Shown here: positions 27,595-36,690 of the stretch, one piece after another
How positions within the stretch are numbered: position 1 is the stretch's first letter
Layout: each line of letters begins with the position of its first letter
Source: a virus
DNA length: 64,000 nucleotides
Reading direction: 5' to 3' (one strand)
IMG/VR virus record: IMGVR_UViG_3300036860_000542
Location: 18,418-82,417 of that record
Translations under genes and position numbers: made by a program
The notes under the pieces: generated by a model
Databases searched by the model: none
Told to the model about the DNA's origin: nothing
The model's input: only the letters and a program-made list of their open reading frames with translations

Positions 27595-28227
27595 TCAATC
27601 TCTCCTTCGAGTCACCAGGTGCGTGACGTAGAACGCGCCAAGACCGATGCCGGCCCACTTCATCCAAGTGGGCACGCTGGGTAGGAGCCACCAGGCGGCC
27701 TTGAATGGCGCCTTGACGATCGCCTGCGCCACGTCGTGCGCGGCTTCAGCAACCGCTTCTCCGAACATCGTGTACGCTCGCGGTGCCAAGAAGATCCCGC
27801 CGGACCGGAGCACAAGCTGTTCGGTGGACTTCCAGAAGCTCACCGCCAAGCTCTCCGGCAGAATCGAGTTGCCGTAGGCGTTCGCGAGCGCGGTGTTGAT
27901 CCAACCAGTCTCCGACTGCCAGGCGGGGTACTCGCGCTTCCACGCGATACGGCCGGCGGAAGTGAGCAGCGGTGCTGCCACTCCGAATAGGAGGGCATTG
28001 AAGGCCTCATCGTTGTTCACGCGCTTGTTGACTTGCGTGAACGGCTCCTCCCAGAAGTTCTTCAGCTTCAACCATTGCGTGCCCGAGAGGTTGGGGTATC
28101 GAATGTCCGTCCGACCGGGAAGGAAGACGGAAGTCTCTCCCCAGACACGCCTCGCCTCGTTCTTCTGAGCAGCGAGCATGCCCACGAAGTCGCGGTAGTT
28201 GACGGTCTGGACGGTGAAGTTCGCCAT
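27595..28227 (-). CDS. Putative virion membrane protein
   Basis: C-terminal WMKWAGIGLGAFYV..RRRD. Confidence 0.65.
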   Translation of the reverse strand: MANFTVQTVNYRDFVGMLAAQKNEARRVWGETSVFLPGRTDIRYPNLSGTQWLKLKNFWEEPFTQVNKRVNNDEAFNALLFGVAAPLLTSAGRIAWKREYPAWQSETGWINTALANAYGNSILPESLAVSFWKSTEQLVLRSGGIFLAPRAYTMFGEAVAEAAHDVAQAIVKAPFKAAWWLLPSVPTWMKWAGIGLGAFYVTHLVTRRRD

Positions 28228-28235
28228 GGCTTACC

Positions 28236-29363
28236 TCACTTCAACAGGATGACAGCAAGGAGGATGGCGCCCCCGCCGATGGCCACCGGGATGATGGGAA
28301 AGCCACCGCCGGTAGAGCCAGCATCGCCAGGCGTCGGAGCGCAAAGACCTTGCGCCACGTCGGCGCCGGTCGAACCAGCCTGCGCGCCCTGTGGTCCACC
28401 AGCCGCCGCGCCGCCCGCCATCGCGCCGAGCTTGAGAAGGCCGCTGTTGGCGATCTTGCACGCCACCTTCCCGACCTTGTCGAGCGCGTTCTTCGCCTTG
28501 TCGGCGACCTTGCTGGCCGTCCCGGGGAAGGTGAGCGCAAGAGACGCCCCACCAGTAGCAGGAGCGAGGATGACGCCTGCTCCCTTCTTGGCGTAGCTCT
28601 TCACGGAGCTCCACAGGCCACCGAGACCATCAGCCCCAGCGCAGCACGCACCGAGACCCATGAGGCCGCTGGTGGGCGCCTTGCCCGTCTTGCCCATCTC
28701 CATGAGCTGGTCGAGCGTGTGGTTGGCAACGACGACGGTGATGGCCTTCAGGAGCGCCGTCTTCGCGTCGTACTTCTTCGCCTTCATCAGCAACTCGGCC
28801 TTGGACTCCACCGCGGCCGGGAAGCTCGAGTCGATGTTCCCAAGCACCGCCTGGAGGAAGATCTTCCTCTCGATCGGTGTCCTGAACTGGCGGGCATCGG
28901 CCATCAGCATGCCGGCGATCTGCTTGGCGAGCTGCGCCACGCCATCACGACCGCCGCCCGGAGCGTCGGCAAGCGCGCCGAGCGAGCTCCGACCAGCGAG
29001 CGTCGGGTTCGACAAGGTGCCGTACTTGCCCGCGCTCTTGTTCTCGTCGAAGATTCCGACGCCGACGCGCTCGGTGTGCTCACGCGCCGTGACGATCTCC
29101 GGGATGAGACCGAAGATCGTCCCGCGCTTCGTGTAGTGGGTGGTTCGCACGCCCTGGCCGAGCGGTTCGTCACGGACCGACTGCGGAAGGATGTACGGAG
29201 GCCAACCGCCTGGGTTCCGCGGGTTGCGCAGGCCCTGAACGTCGATCGTCTTCCTCTTGCGGTACTTCGAGACGATAGCGCCTCGACGGAACGGCTCGTC
29301 GATGACGTTCTGCGGGATCGCGTACCCGGCGATGTAAGGAGATCCGCGTCTCAGAAGAGCCAT
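28236..29363 (-). CDS. Putative virion membrane protein
   Basis: AAGGAGA RBS; SSLGA, MGLGA, DGLGG motifs; amphipathic segment; C-terminal TM. Confidence 0.7.
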   Translation of the reverse strand: MALLRRGSPYIAGYAIPQNVIDEPFRRGAIVSKYRKRKTIDVQGLRNPRNPGGWPPYILPQSVRDEPLGQGVRTTHYTKRGTIFGLIPEIVTAREHTERVGVGIFDENKSAGKYGTLSNPTLAGRSSLGALADAPGGGRDGVAQLAKQIAGMLMADARQFRTPIERKIFLQAVLGNIDSSFPAAVESKAELLMKAKKYDAKTALLKAITVVVANHTLDQLMEMGKTGKAPTSGLMGLGACCAGADGLGGLWSSVKSYAKKGAGVILAPATGGASLALTFPGTASKVADKAKNALDKVGKVACKIANSGLLKLGAMAGGAAAGGPQGAQAGSTGADVAQGLCAPTPGDAGSTGGGFPIIPVAIGGGAILLAVILLK

Positions 29364-29364
29364 G

Positions 29365-29886
29365 TCACTTTCTCCTTTTGGACTTGCGAGCTGCAACCTC
29401 AAGATAGCGGATCATCCGACGCAACGTGTTCACGTTGTCGTCGATCAGACCAAGAGCCATGTTGCAGATGTGGCAGAGTAACCCGCGTACCGCGCCTGTT
29501 TTATGATCGTGATCGATCGGCCACTTGTGATGATCTCTCCACGGACCACGAGTCTCTTTCGAGCCGCAAATGGCGCAGGCGTGACCCTGTCTCTGTAGCA
29601 TGCGATTGTATTCAGCATCCGTAAGACCGAACTTTCTTAGCCTTCGGGCAGCCGAACGTAGGACTTTTGTCTCCGGCGACTTTTCGTATGCGCGCCTTTC
29701 AGCTAGGTACTTTTTCCAAGCTGCAGGATCTTCTTTCTTCAGCTTCTGCTTCCAGCGCTTGATGCGTTCTCGCGCCTTCCTTTTACACTCTTCATACCAA
29801 GCAGGGTCCTCTTCGGCTTTCTTTCGATGCCAAAGGGTGGACGCGCTCTTTCCGCCCCGATCCTTCATGTACATAGTATAGCTCAT
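29365..29886 (-). CDS. Free-standing HNH / endonuclease VII-type homing endonuclease
   Basis: FGLT..Q..CAIC..IDHDHKTGAVRGLLCHICN.ALG; more AT-rich than neighbours. Confidence 0.9.
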   Translation of the reverse strand: MSYTMYMKDRGGKSASTLWHRKKAEEDPAWYEECKRKARERIKRWKQKLKKEDPAAWKKYLAERRAYEKSPETKVLRSAARRLRKFGLTDAEYNRMLQRQGHACAICGSKETRGPWRDHHKWPIDHDHKTGAVRGLLCHICNMALGLIDDNVNTLRRMIRYLEVAARKSKRRK

Positions 29887-30440
29887 GCCACCGGCCACAC
29901 CTTGGCCGCGACGACGCGCCTGAGCATCTTCCTCGTGTCGGGACCCGCTACGGGGTCGCAGACAATCCACGTTCCACTCTTCGGCTCTCGAGCCTCACAG
30001 AAGACGTGGCTGTACTGGCGTTCCTTCTTGTAGAACATGTGCCGGAATGCGCAAGTCACCACCCTCACTTCGCATCCAACGGCAAGGCACAACGCCCCGA
30101 TGAGCGCTGCCATGTCGTCGCAGTCGAGGTTCGGAATCTGGCCGGTCTTCATCTGGTTGCACACCACGTAAGGCGCCTTGACAAGCTCGATGGTACGCGG
30201 ATCGCGCATGTAGCGCGTGTGCGCGGAGACGAAGTTGTTGACGGCCAAGATCTCGGAGAGATAGTCCTTCGTGCGCAGACCCTGGCAGATGTCCTCAGCG
30301 AGCTGGCGCACGCACGAGTGGTTCTGCGACTCGAGCATTCCGCGGGCGATGAAGGCGACGCTATGCGGCGCCCCACGGTAGTCGAGCTTCAGAACCCTGT
30401 CATCACCAAGTCCCCACGGCACGTAGGGGACACTTTCCAC
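29883..30440 (-). CDS. Transglutaminase-like cysteine enzyme (candidate maturation protease)
   Basis: RYMRDP..E, DCDD (Cys), YSHVF (His), W..CDP (Asp) triad. Confidence 0.85.
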   Translation of the reverse strand: MESVPYVPWGLGDDRVLKLDYRGAPHSVAFIARGMLESQNHSCVRQLAEDICQGLRTKDYLSEILAVNNFVSAHTRYMRDPRTIELVKAPYVVCNQMKTGQIPNLDCDDMAALIGALCLAVGCEVRVVTCAFRHMFYKKERQYSHVFCEAREPKSGTWIVCDPVAGPDTRKMLRRVVAAKVWPVA

Positions 30441-30467
30441 CGGAGAAGTCGTGGACTTACACCTGAG

Positions 30468-30497
30468 AATATACAGGACCAGGGCCTAGGGGTGCAA
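30468..30497 (-). promoter_or_regulatory. Sigma70-like promoter
   Basis: TTGCAC-N18-TATATT upstream of the transglutaminase-like gene. Confidence 0.5.
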
Positions 30498-30501
30498 CTT
30501 G

Positions 30502-32142
30502 CTACTCGACGGGCGGGGATTCCGTGGGGACTTCAGGGGCTTCCGCAGGCGGCGCTTCGTCTTCGGTCATGCCGAGCATGGCCGCAACGCACTTCCTCAG
30601 CCAGTTCCGACCGCGCTGCGAGTACAGGATCGACCCGTCCGGCGGGTTGGCGGCCTGAATGAAGGCGTCCGGTCCCATTTGCCGGAGAGCGGAGATGATC
30701 TCCGTGGGCACCATCGAGCGTGCCGAGACGGCGAAGGCCATCGGATCTGTCCCATTGGTGATGGCCTGCTCGACGAACTGCATCGCCGCCGCGACCTCCA
30801 TCGGGTTCAACTCGATGACGTGACCCTGAGAAGGCGCTTGCGGCTTCGGCTTGCGAGTCGAAACCACTGCGGTCTCGCCCTGTGCTGCGGCACGCGCTGC
30901 TTGCGCCGCTCTCTTCCGCTTCAGCACCTCCGGGTTCACCTGAGGAGGAGCAGCGGGCGGGGCGTTCTCGACTCGAGACGCCACAGCCTGTGCCATCGGG
31001 CTCTGCATCACGGTCTGCAGCACACGCTCCCAAGTGGAAGCCGGCTCCTGTTCGCCAGGACCGAGGATCTCGAGAGCATTCTTGAGCTGCGCCACCTGCT
31101 CGACGGCGTCGAGAGGACCCTTCTCCTTGATGTCGCGCAGCTTCGCGCACTCGGTCTTCGACTCGGCGAGCTGCCTCTCGAGGTCGGCGACCCGACCCTT
31201 GAAGCCGTCGAGCCGGGCCTCGTAGCTCTGCTCGACGGACTTCAACGCCTGGCCATGCGTCTCGCGCAGCATGCTGATCTCACGATCGTGCGAGCGATCG
31301 CGTCTCTCGAGCTCCGCTTGAAGGCGAGTGCGCTCCGCTTCGACGTCATGGCGATTGTTCTCTCGGAGGGTACGCAGCTCCGAGTCGAACTGAGCCCGCA
31401 GTGCATCGATGCGCCCGGACTCGCCCGCCACCAGGTGCTCGAACGTCTTCTCGATCACCGACGGTGTGGACGGTGTCTTGTTGGCGTTCGTGATGAGGTT
31501 GAGGATCTGGGCATCCTTCTCCGCCATCTGCCGACGCATCTCCATCATCTCTTGCTGCAGCATCTTGACGGCCGGCGGATCGAAGGCGAGCTTCATGAGC
31601 TCCGCATCGCCTCCGCCCTTCTTGCGGTTCTCGTCCTCGAGCTCCCAGGCTCTCTTCTGGCTGAGCTCTGCGGCGCGGGCCATGTGGTCGAGGGCCTTGC
31701 CCTGCAGGGCGACATCGTCACCGTCCTTGAGCATGGTCTTGGGGGCACCGGGCGTCTCGGCAAGCAGCGCACCACTCAGCCGCGGATCACCTTCGATCTC
31801 GAACGACTTCGCACCCGCGTAGGTCCAACCGCCCTTCGGGTTCGGTCGGAACGTCTTCACCTGGTACTTGCCGCCACCGAAGCGCTGCTTGATGTCTTTC
31901 TCGTCGAAGGGCTCGTCGTACTCCTCCAGGAAGCCGGCGATGTGGTGGCCTTGCCACTCACGAGGGTATTTCCTCTCGAGCTTGATCTTGAGCGCACCCG
32001 AGGTGCCGAGCTCCTGGAGCCACTCGAAGATGGACTTGTCCTCCGCCTGCGCGATCGTCTGCGCGGACATGGACACGTCCTCCTTCTGCTTGCCCTTGAG
32101 CGGCGTCACAGGTGCGACGTCATCGTAGGTCTGTTCACTCAT
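30502..32142 (-). CDS. Large coiled-coil protein
   Basis: AAGGAG RBS before MSEQTY; long E/R/Q heptad region. Confidence 0.75.
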   Translation of the reverse strand: MSEQTYDDVAPVTPLKGKQKEDVSMSAQTIAQAEDKSIFEWLQELGTSGALKIKLERKYPREWQGHHIAGFLEEYDEPFDEKDIKQRFGGGKYQVKTFRPNPKGGWTYAGAKSFEIEGDPRLSGALLAETPGAPKTMLKDGDDVALQGKALDHMARAAELSQKRAWELEDENRKKGGGDAELMKLAFDPPAVKMLQQEMMEMRRQMAEKDAQILNLITNANKTPSTPSVIEKTFEHLVAGESGRIDALRAQFDSELRTLRENNRHDVEAERTRLQAELERRDRSHDREISMLRETHGQALKSVEQSYEARLDGFKGRVADLERQLAESKTECAKLRDIKEKGPLDAVEQVAQLKNALEILGPGEQEPASTWERVLQTVMQSPMAQAVASRVENAPPAAPPQVNPEVLKRKRAAQAARAAAQGETAVVSTRKPKPQAPSQGHVIELNPMEVAAAMQFVEQAITNGTDPMAFAVSARSMVPTEIISALRQMGPDAFIQAANPPDGSILYSQRGRNWLRKCVAAMLGMTEDEAPPAEAPEVPTESPPVE

Positions 32143-32650
32143 CGGAATCTCCTTCGGGTTCGTCGTTGGATTCCTCGACGGCCTCATCCGCATCACCCTC
32201 GGGGTCTCCAGCTTCCTCGCTCTCATCCGAGGTCGTATGCTCCTCGACGGCCTCCGCCGTGAGCTCGAACGCGGTGAGGTACGCGGCGGCCTGGCCCTGC
32301 AGACGCTTGGCCGTGGTGTCATCGAGAGGGACGCCGGCCTTCATCTTGGCGACCTCGTCCGCGATGACCTTCCCCAGCTCGAGGGTAGCCAGGATCTGAT
32401 CAGCGAGCTCGGGTTGGATCAGACTGTCGGACCCATCGATGAGAGCGTCCATCGCCTGCTCGAGACGCACGATGCGAGCTCCGAAGTGATCCGCCATCGT
32501 CTGCATGAGCGGGTAGGCGTTGTCACGGAACTCGTTCTTCGCCTCGATGAACTTGGCCTTGGAGACGCGCTGCTCCGCTTTCGCCAAGTCCTCCATCAGG
32601 AAGGCATGCTCCTCTTGTCCTTCGGTGGTGTCTTCCGGCTTGTCCATCAC
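32135..32650 (-). CDS. Acidic helical protein
   Basis: AAGGAG RBS; D/E-rich tail; operonic. Confidence 0.7.
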   Translation of the reverse strand: MMDKPEDTTEGQEEHAFLMEDLAKAEQRVSKAKFIEAKNEFRDNAYPLMQTMADHFGARIVRLEQAMDALIDGSDSLIQPELADQILATLELGKVIADEVAKMKAGVPLDDTTAKRLQGQAAAYLTAFELTAEAVEEHTTSDESEEAGDPEGDADEAVEESNDEPEGDSDE

Positions 32651-33087
32651 TTCTTCTCCTTCTTGCGAGGCGCCAGGTAACGCTGGCGAGCGTGTTCACG
32701 ATTCGCGATGTCCATAGGGTCCATGGGGACCCACTCGGAGCATTCGAAGACGCAGTCATCGGTGAGGTCGAGCTCCACACCAGGGATGACCTTGCAGATG
32801 CGGTTGATCTGCCTTGGCGCCCGATCGAGGCCTCTCGACTCCACCTCCGCGAAGGAGTGGATCTCGATGTAGTGACGACAGGGACCACGTAGGCAAACGA
32901 AGTTGTCCGGGCTGGCCTTCGGAAGCGGTTCGGGTCTCCCAAGGTACCCGACCATGTTCGGGCCGCCGTCCTTCGCCGGAGGCGGCGCCGGGTCCGGTTC
33001 CACGTCCTTCCAGGGGTCGAGCTCCTTTCGCTTCTCGTCGTCGAGCTTGTCGCCGTCTTTACCCACCTGCCGGTTGCCGATCTTCAT
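32647..33087 (-). CDS. Cys-rich hypothetical protein, first gene of the late operon
   Basis: CLRGPCRHY..C..C..C; GGAG RBS. Confidence 0.7.
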   Translation of the reverse strand: MKIGNRQVGKDGDKLDDEKRKELDPWKDVEPDPAPPPAKDGGPNMVGYLGRPEPLPKASPDNFVCLRGPCRHYIEIHSFAEVESRGLDRAPRQINRICKVIPGVELDLTDDCVFECSEWVPMDPMDIANREHARQRYLAPRKKEKK

Positions 33088-34131
33088 GGCCGTTTCTCCG
33101 AGGTAACTGCGAGGTTCAGTGAGGTTTTCCCGGGATTGTTTTGGGTCCTCGTGTTACCCAAGCCTAAGAACGAGCCAACCCCCAAGCAAGTTGAAAGATT
33201 CAGGGCGGCCGATCGGGGTCCGGGGATCGCCCATTCGGCCGGATTCCCCGGTTTGCGATCCCTCGGGAACCTCCGTTCCAGCGAGGTTTCCGGCCCGAGG
33301 CCTCCGGCCATGGCCAGGTAGGCGGCCGATCGGCCGCGCCCGATGGCCAGGCCAGGGCAGGCTAGGGGGGCGTAGGTCCGTATCCCACACTGGAAAAGCG
33401 TTCAGTGGATTGCGGCGCGCAAGCGGGTCGCGTGCGGCACCCTGGGATGCCCGCCAAACGCGCCAGGATGCCCGTGGCGCCACGATCGCGGCGCCAGGGT
33501 ACCCTCGGGCACCCCCCGAATTTGCGCGGCGCGGCGTGAAATTGCGACACGCAAATGGGCCGATTTTGCGACAGTGACGCAAGAAAACCCCGGGACAACT
33601 GCGCAGTACGACATGTGATCCCCCGGGAAAATCGCGGATTTGCGCGATCCGGGTGCCGCGGCACGCCGCGTGCTTCCGGGGAAATCAGGCGCGGCAAGGC
33701 GCCAACCCCCGGGTTTGGGAGGCCCGGGTCGCAGGTAGGTCCGGGGATGACAGGAACCTTCGTGGCGGTTTCCCCAGATCTCGCACGGTCCACTGCGGAC
33801 CCACGCCAGGAGTTGTGCCCTGGTCGGTCTCTGAAAACTGAATAGACCTAGGAGTCGTCGGCTGTCCTATCACCGAGGCTTCCCCGCAGGACCAGGGGCG
33901 CACGAACCGCTAGCGCAGTCTGGGCAGAGGTAGTCCACTCTCTCACTTGTCACAGGGGAATGAGGTAGGTGTGGTAACGGTCACCAGCCGCGACGGACTA
34001 CCTAGGGGAAAAGCCCCAAACGATTGAGTAACTGCTCAAGCCTTGAACGTACGGGATACCTGCTGTCTGCACGACAGGACAGCCACAACCTTCAGATCCC
34101 TGCCTTCAAGGCCTCATGGAGGGACTCAACC
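33088..34131. other. ~1 kb non-coding divergence region
   Basis: Separates leftward virion genes from rightward early genes; no ORF with RBS or typical codon bias; many palindromes and short A/T tracts. Confidence 0.6.
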
Positions 34132-34335
34132 ATGATCTACGCCTTGTACACGAAACAGAATCAGAAGGTTCCGTCGCGACTCTTCGAGTGCTGGGATGAT
34201 GCCGATGCCTGGCAGAACTCGAGGGAAGCAGACGTCACGGAGCGTTACGAACTACGTCCTCTCCTGGAGAAGGACATGGACATGCTCCTCGACGCTTGGA
34301 CCAAAGGCCAGGCAACACTCCTCGGAAAGGTTTGA
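34132..34335 (+). CDS. Small early hypothetical protein
   Basis: GGAGGG RBS within a duplicated 19-bp leader. Confidence 0.6.
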   Translation: MIYALYTKQNQKVPSRLFECWDDADAWQNSREADVTERYELRPLLEKDMDMLLDAWTKGQATLLGKV

Positions 34336-34388
34336 ACCCTGCTAGGACCCATGACCTCGGTCGTGGGTCTCGATGGAGGGACTCAACC

Positions 34389-34562
34389 ATGGAGACCATG
34401 GGCCAAGCAATCGACGAGGCTATCCGCAAGCACGAGACGATCTACCCTCAGAGCGAGGTCTATCGCGCTGAGGTGAGCGAATCGGATCTCCGAACGGCCT
34501 GGGTGGTCCTCATCCACGCCAGTCACTTCAGCGTCCCGTGTCGCTACTACGTGAGGAGGTAG
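34389..34562 (+). CDS. Small early hypothetical protein
   Basis: Same 19-bp leader ATGGAGGGACTCAACCATG. Confidence 0.55.
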   Translation: METMGQAIDEAIRKHETIYPQSEVYRAEVSESDLRTAWVVLIHASHFSVPCRYYVRR

Positions 34563-34724
34563 GTCTCATGGCCAGGCAGTGGCCAACGAACTACATCCCG
34601 AAGAAGGACATCCCCAAGTGCGACATGGGCGTCGCCTGGTGGTGTTGCAACAGTGGCCGCTACCTTACCTGGCGCAAGTTGGTCGGTCTGGTCAAGTGGG
34701 CCCAGAAGAAGGAGAAGTAAGACC

Positions 34725-35045
34725 ATGTCCTACAACGGCTACAAGAACTACGAGACCTGGGCGATCTGCCTCTGGATCGACAACGAGGAAGACACCTACC
34801 TCTCATGGAAGGATCGAGCCAAGGAGCTCCTCCTAGAGGCCAGAGAGAGTCTTCTCGACGACGCCAACAACGACGAAATCGCCAAAGCCAGCGAAGACGC
34901 CAGGATCCGCCTCGCCGACGAGCTCAAGGATCACTTCGAAGAGGTGATGCCCGACCTTGGAGCGTCGGTCTGGGCCGACCTCCTGAATGCAGCTCTCAGC
35001 GAGGTTGACTGGCACGAGGTCGCCTCCTCTCGCTACGACGAGTAA
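34725..35045 (+). CDS. Conserved phage early protein (YNGxxNYETW family)
   Basis: MSYNGYKNYETW..LWIDNEE..LSEVDWHEVA. Confidence 0.75.
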   Translation: MSYNGYKNYETWAICLWIDNEEDTYLSWKDRAKELLLEARESLLDDANNDEIAKASEDARIRLADELKDHFEEVMPDLGASVWADLLNAALSEVDWHEVASSRYDE

Positions 35046-35720
35046 AGGCTCCTGCTAGGGTCTACAACTGAGGTTGTAGGCTTCGATGAAGAAGCTTTTC
35101 TCTTGCACTACATCCACTCTCCGATGTACATAATACCCAGGGGGTTGAACGTGGTCCACTGGCACAGCTACTACGACCGGCTCTACCTTTCCCCATCTTC
35201 CCCTCCTCGAGCCGCCTGTCGGCTGTCCACCTCACGAGGGGATCGTATCGACGCCAACATCAGGGAGGTCAACTGTGAGCGGTGCAAGCTCAAGCACACC
35301 CACGAAATGCAGCGAAGCTACACCAAGCTCCGACACGAGATCCTCGCTTCCAAGCGAAAGATCTACTCGTGAAGGTCTCGGTGGAGAAAGGGATCACAGG
35401 CTGGTGGATATTGACGGTCCAGGATGGACCGATGACAGTGATGGAGTTTCATCCAGTCTGGAGATCCCTACTCGAGCGGGTAGCCTTTCTGTTCGGCGTC
35501 GATTGGCCGCCGGAAGCGGACCCGATGGACCTGTGGGATCAGCTCCACCTCCCACGGAGCGGTATATACCGCTAGGTGCTACCCAGGATCCGTGGCCCTG
35601 GGTTGATAGTGAGGTAGTTCGCTACCTCTGCTCGATCGATTCAGGATGGGCACGTCTCAAGGCCCTCCTGTTCCTCGGTTTCTCGTCCCTCTGATACAAT
35701 CCAAACGAAGGAGAACGTAC

Positions 35721-36371
35721 ATGAAGACCCGCATCGCTCTTGCCTTGCTCGCGTCCGCTTGCGCCCAGCCTCCGACCGACGTCCAGGGCTTGGCCCACTC
35801 CGTCCCTCAGGGACCCAACACGATCATGGTCGCCGACGACGGCGCGGCGCAGCCCGTGGACATCCAAGCCCTCGCGGCACCTGCGCCGACGGCGCCGACG
35901 GCCGTCGATCCGCCCCCGCCTCCCCCGGCCTGTGTCCAGGGTGACTGGACCTACACCTTCACGTTCGGGCCGGGCACGTGCGACTCCGATCCCTTCGTCT
36001 CGGCCATCGAAGCCCTGGACGATCCACCCGCGTTCTACCCGTCTCAGTGCTTCGTCCTTCCGGTCAACGCTCCGAACCTGTTCTCGAGCGCTGGAGCCTT
36101 CGTCATCGATGACAACGGCTTCTACGGCCAGCCTGTCACCGTGAACGGTTGTGATTTCGCTATCGACTACCTCCTCGGGCCCATGCGCGATGCTTGCGGC
36201 GAGGATCGTACCGTGGTCTGGGATTTCTCCTTCACGGCTACTCCGGGGGGCGCAATCGGCTCGGGAACCATCTACCTGGACGTTGCCAAGGAGGACACGA
36301 CCGTGGGTGGCGTCATGGTGCCCTATGCCTCTTGCGAGCAGCAAGTCACGATCAACGCCACCAAGCTCTAG
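35721..36371 (+). CDS. Lipoprotein
   Basis: MKTRIALALLASAC signal/lipobox; Pro-rich linker; Cys-containing beta domain. Confidence 0.75.
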   Translation: MKTRIALALLASACAQPPTDVQGLAHSVPQGPNTIMVADDGAAQPVDIQALAAPAPTAPTAVDPPPPPPACVQGDWTYTFTFGPGTCDSDPFVSAIEALDDPPAFYPSQCFVLPVNAPNLFSSAGAFVIDDNGFYGQPVTVNGCDFAIDYLLGPMRDACGEDRTVVWDFSFTATPGGAIGSGTIYLDVAKEDTTVGGVMVPYASCEQQVTINATKL

Positions 36372-36690
36372 GGGGACCCATGAACATCGAGATCGAAGAC
36401 GAAGACGAGGTCGTCGTCGAAGTGGATCTCTCCGACCTCGTGAGTCACTGCGACGCTTGCCTCAAGCCTCTCACCGAACTCGAAGAACCTCTCGGCTACT
36501 GCGAAGACTGCGCCTGGGAGATCGCTTCCTGGACGCCGACAAGCTAGAGAAACCAGCCAAGGAGGTCGCCCATGCGTCGGATCAGCTAAAGCCGACTGCC
36601 GCAAAGATCCAGCGCGTGCCCAGTAACCTGGCAGGAGGGTTGGCGACTCTCCCACGCGCCCAGCGGAAACCAAACCAAGGAGGATTCCCA

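Noticed and set aside
29365-30440. Group I intron or intein around the HNH gene
   Set aside because: The flanking genes are complete and abut the HNH ORF, leaving no room for ribozyme sequence.
34338-35091. Integron attC cassettes
   Set aside because: The hairpins lack RYYYAAC/GTTRRRY ends and the recombinase shows no obvious IntI-specific insertion; kept only as an unnamed repeated element.
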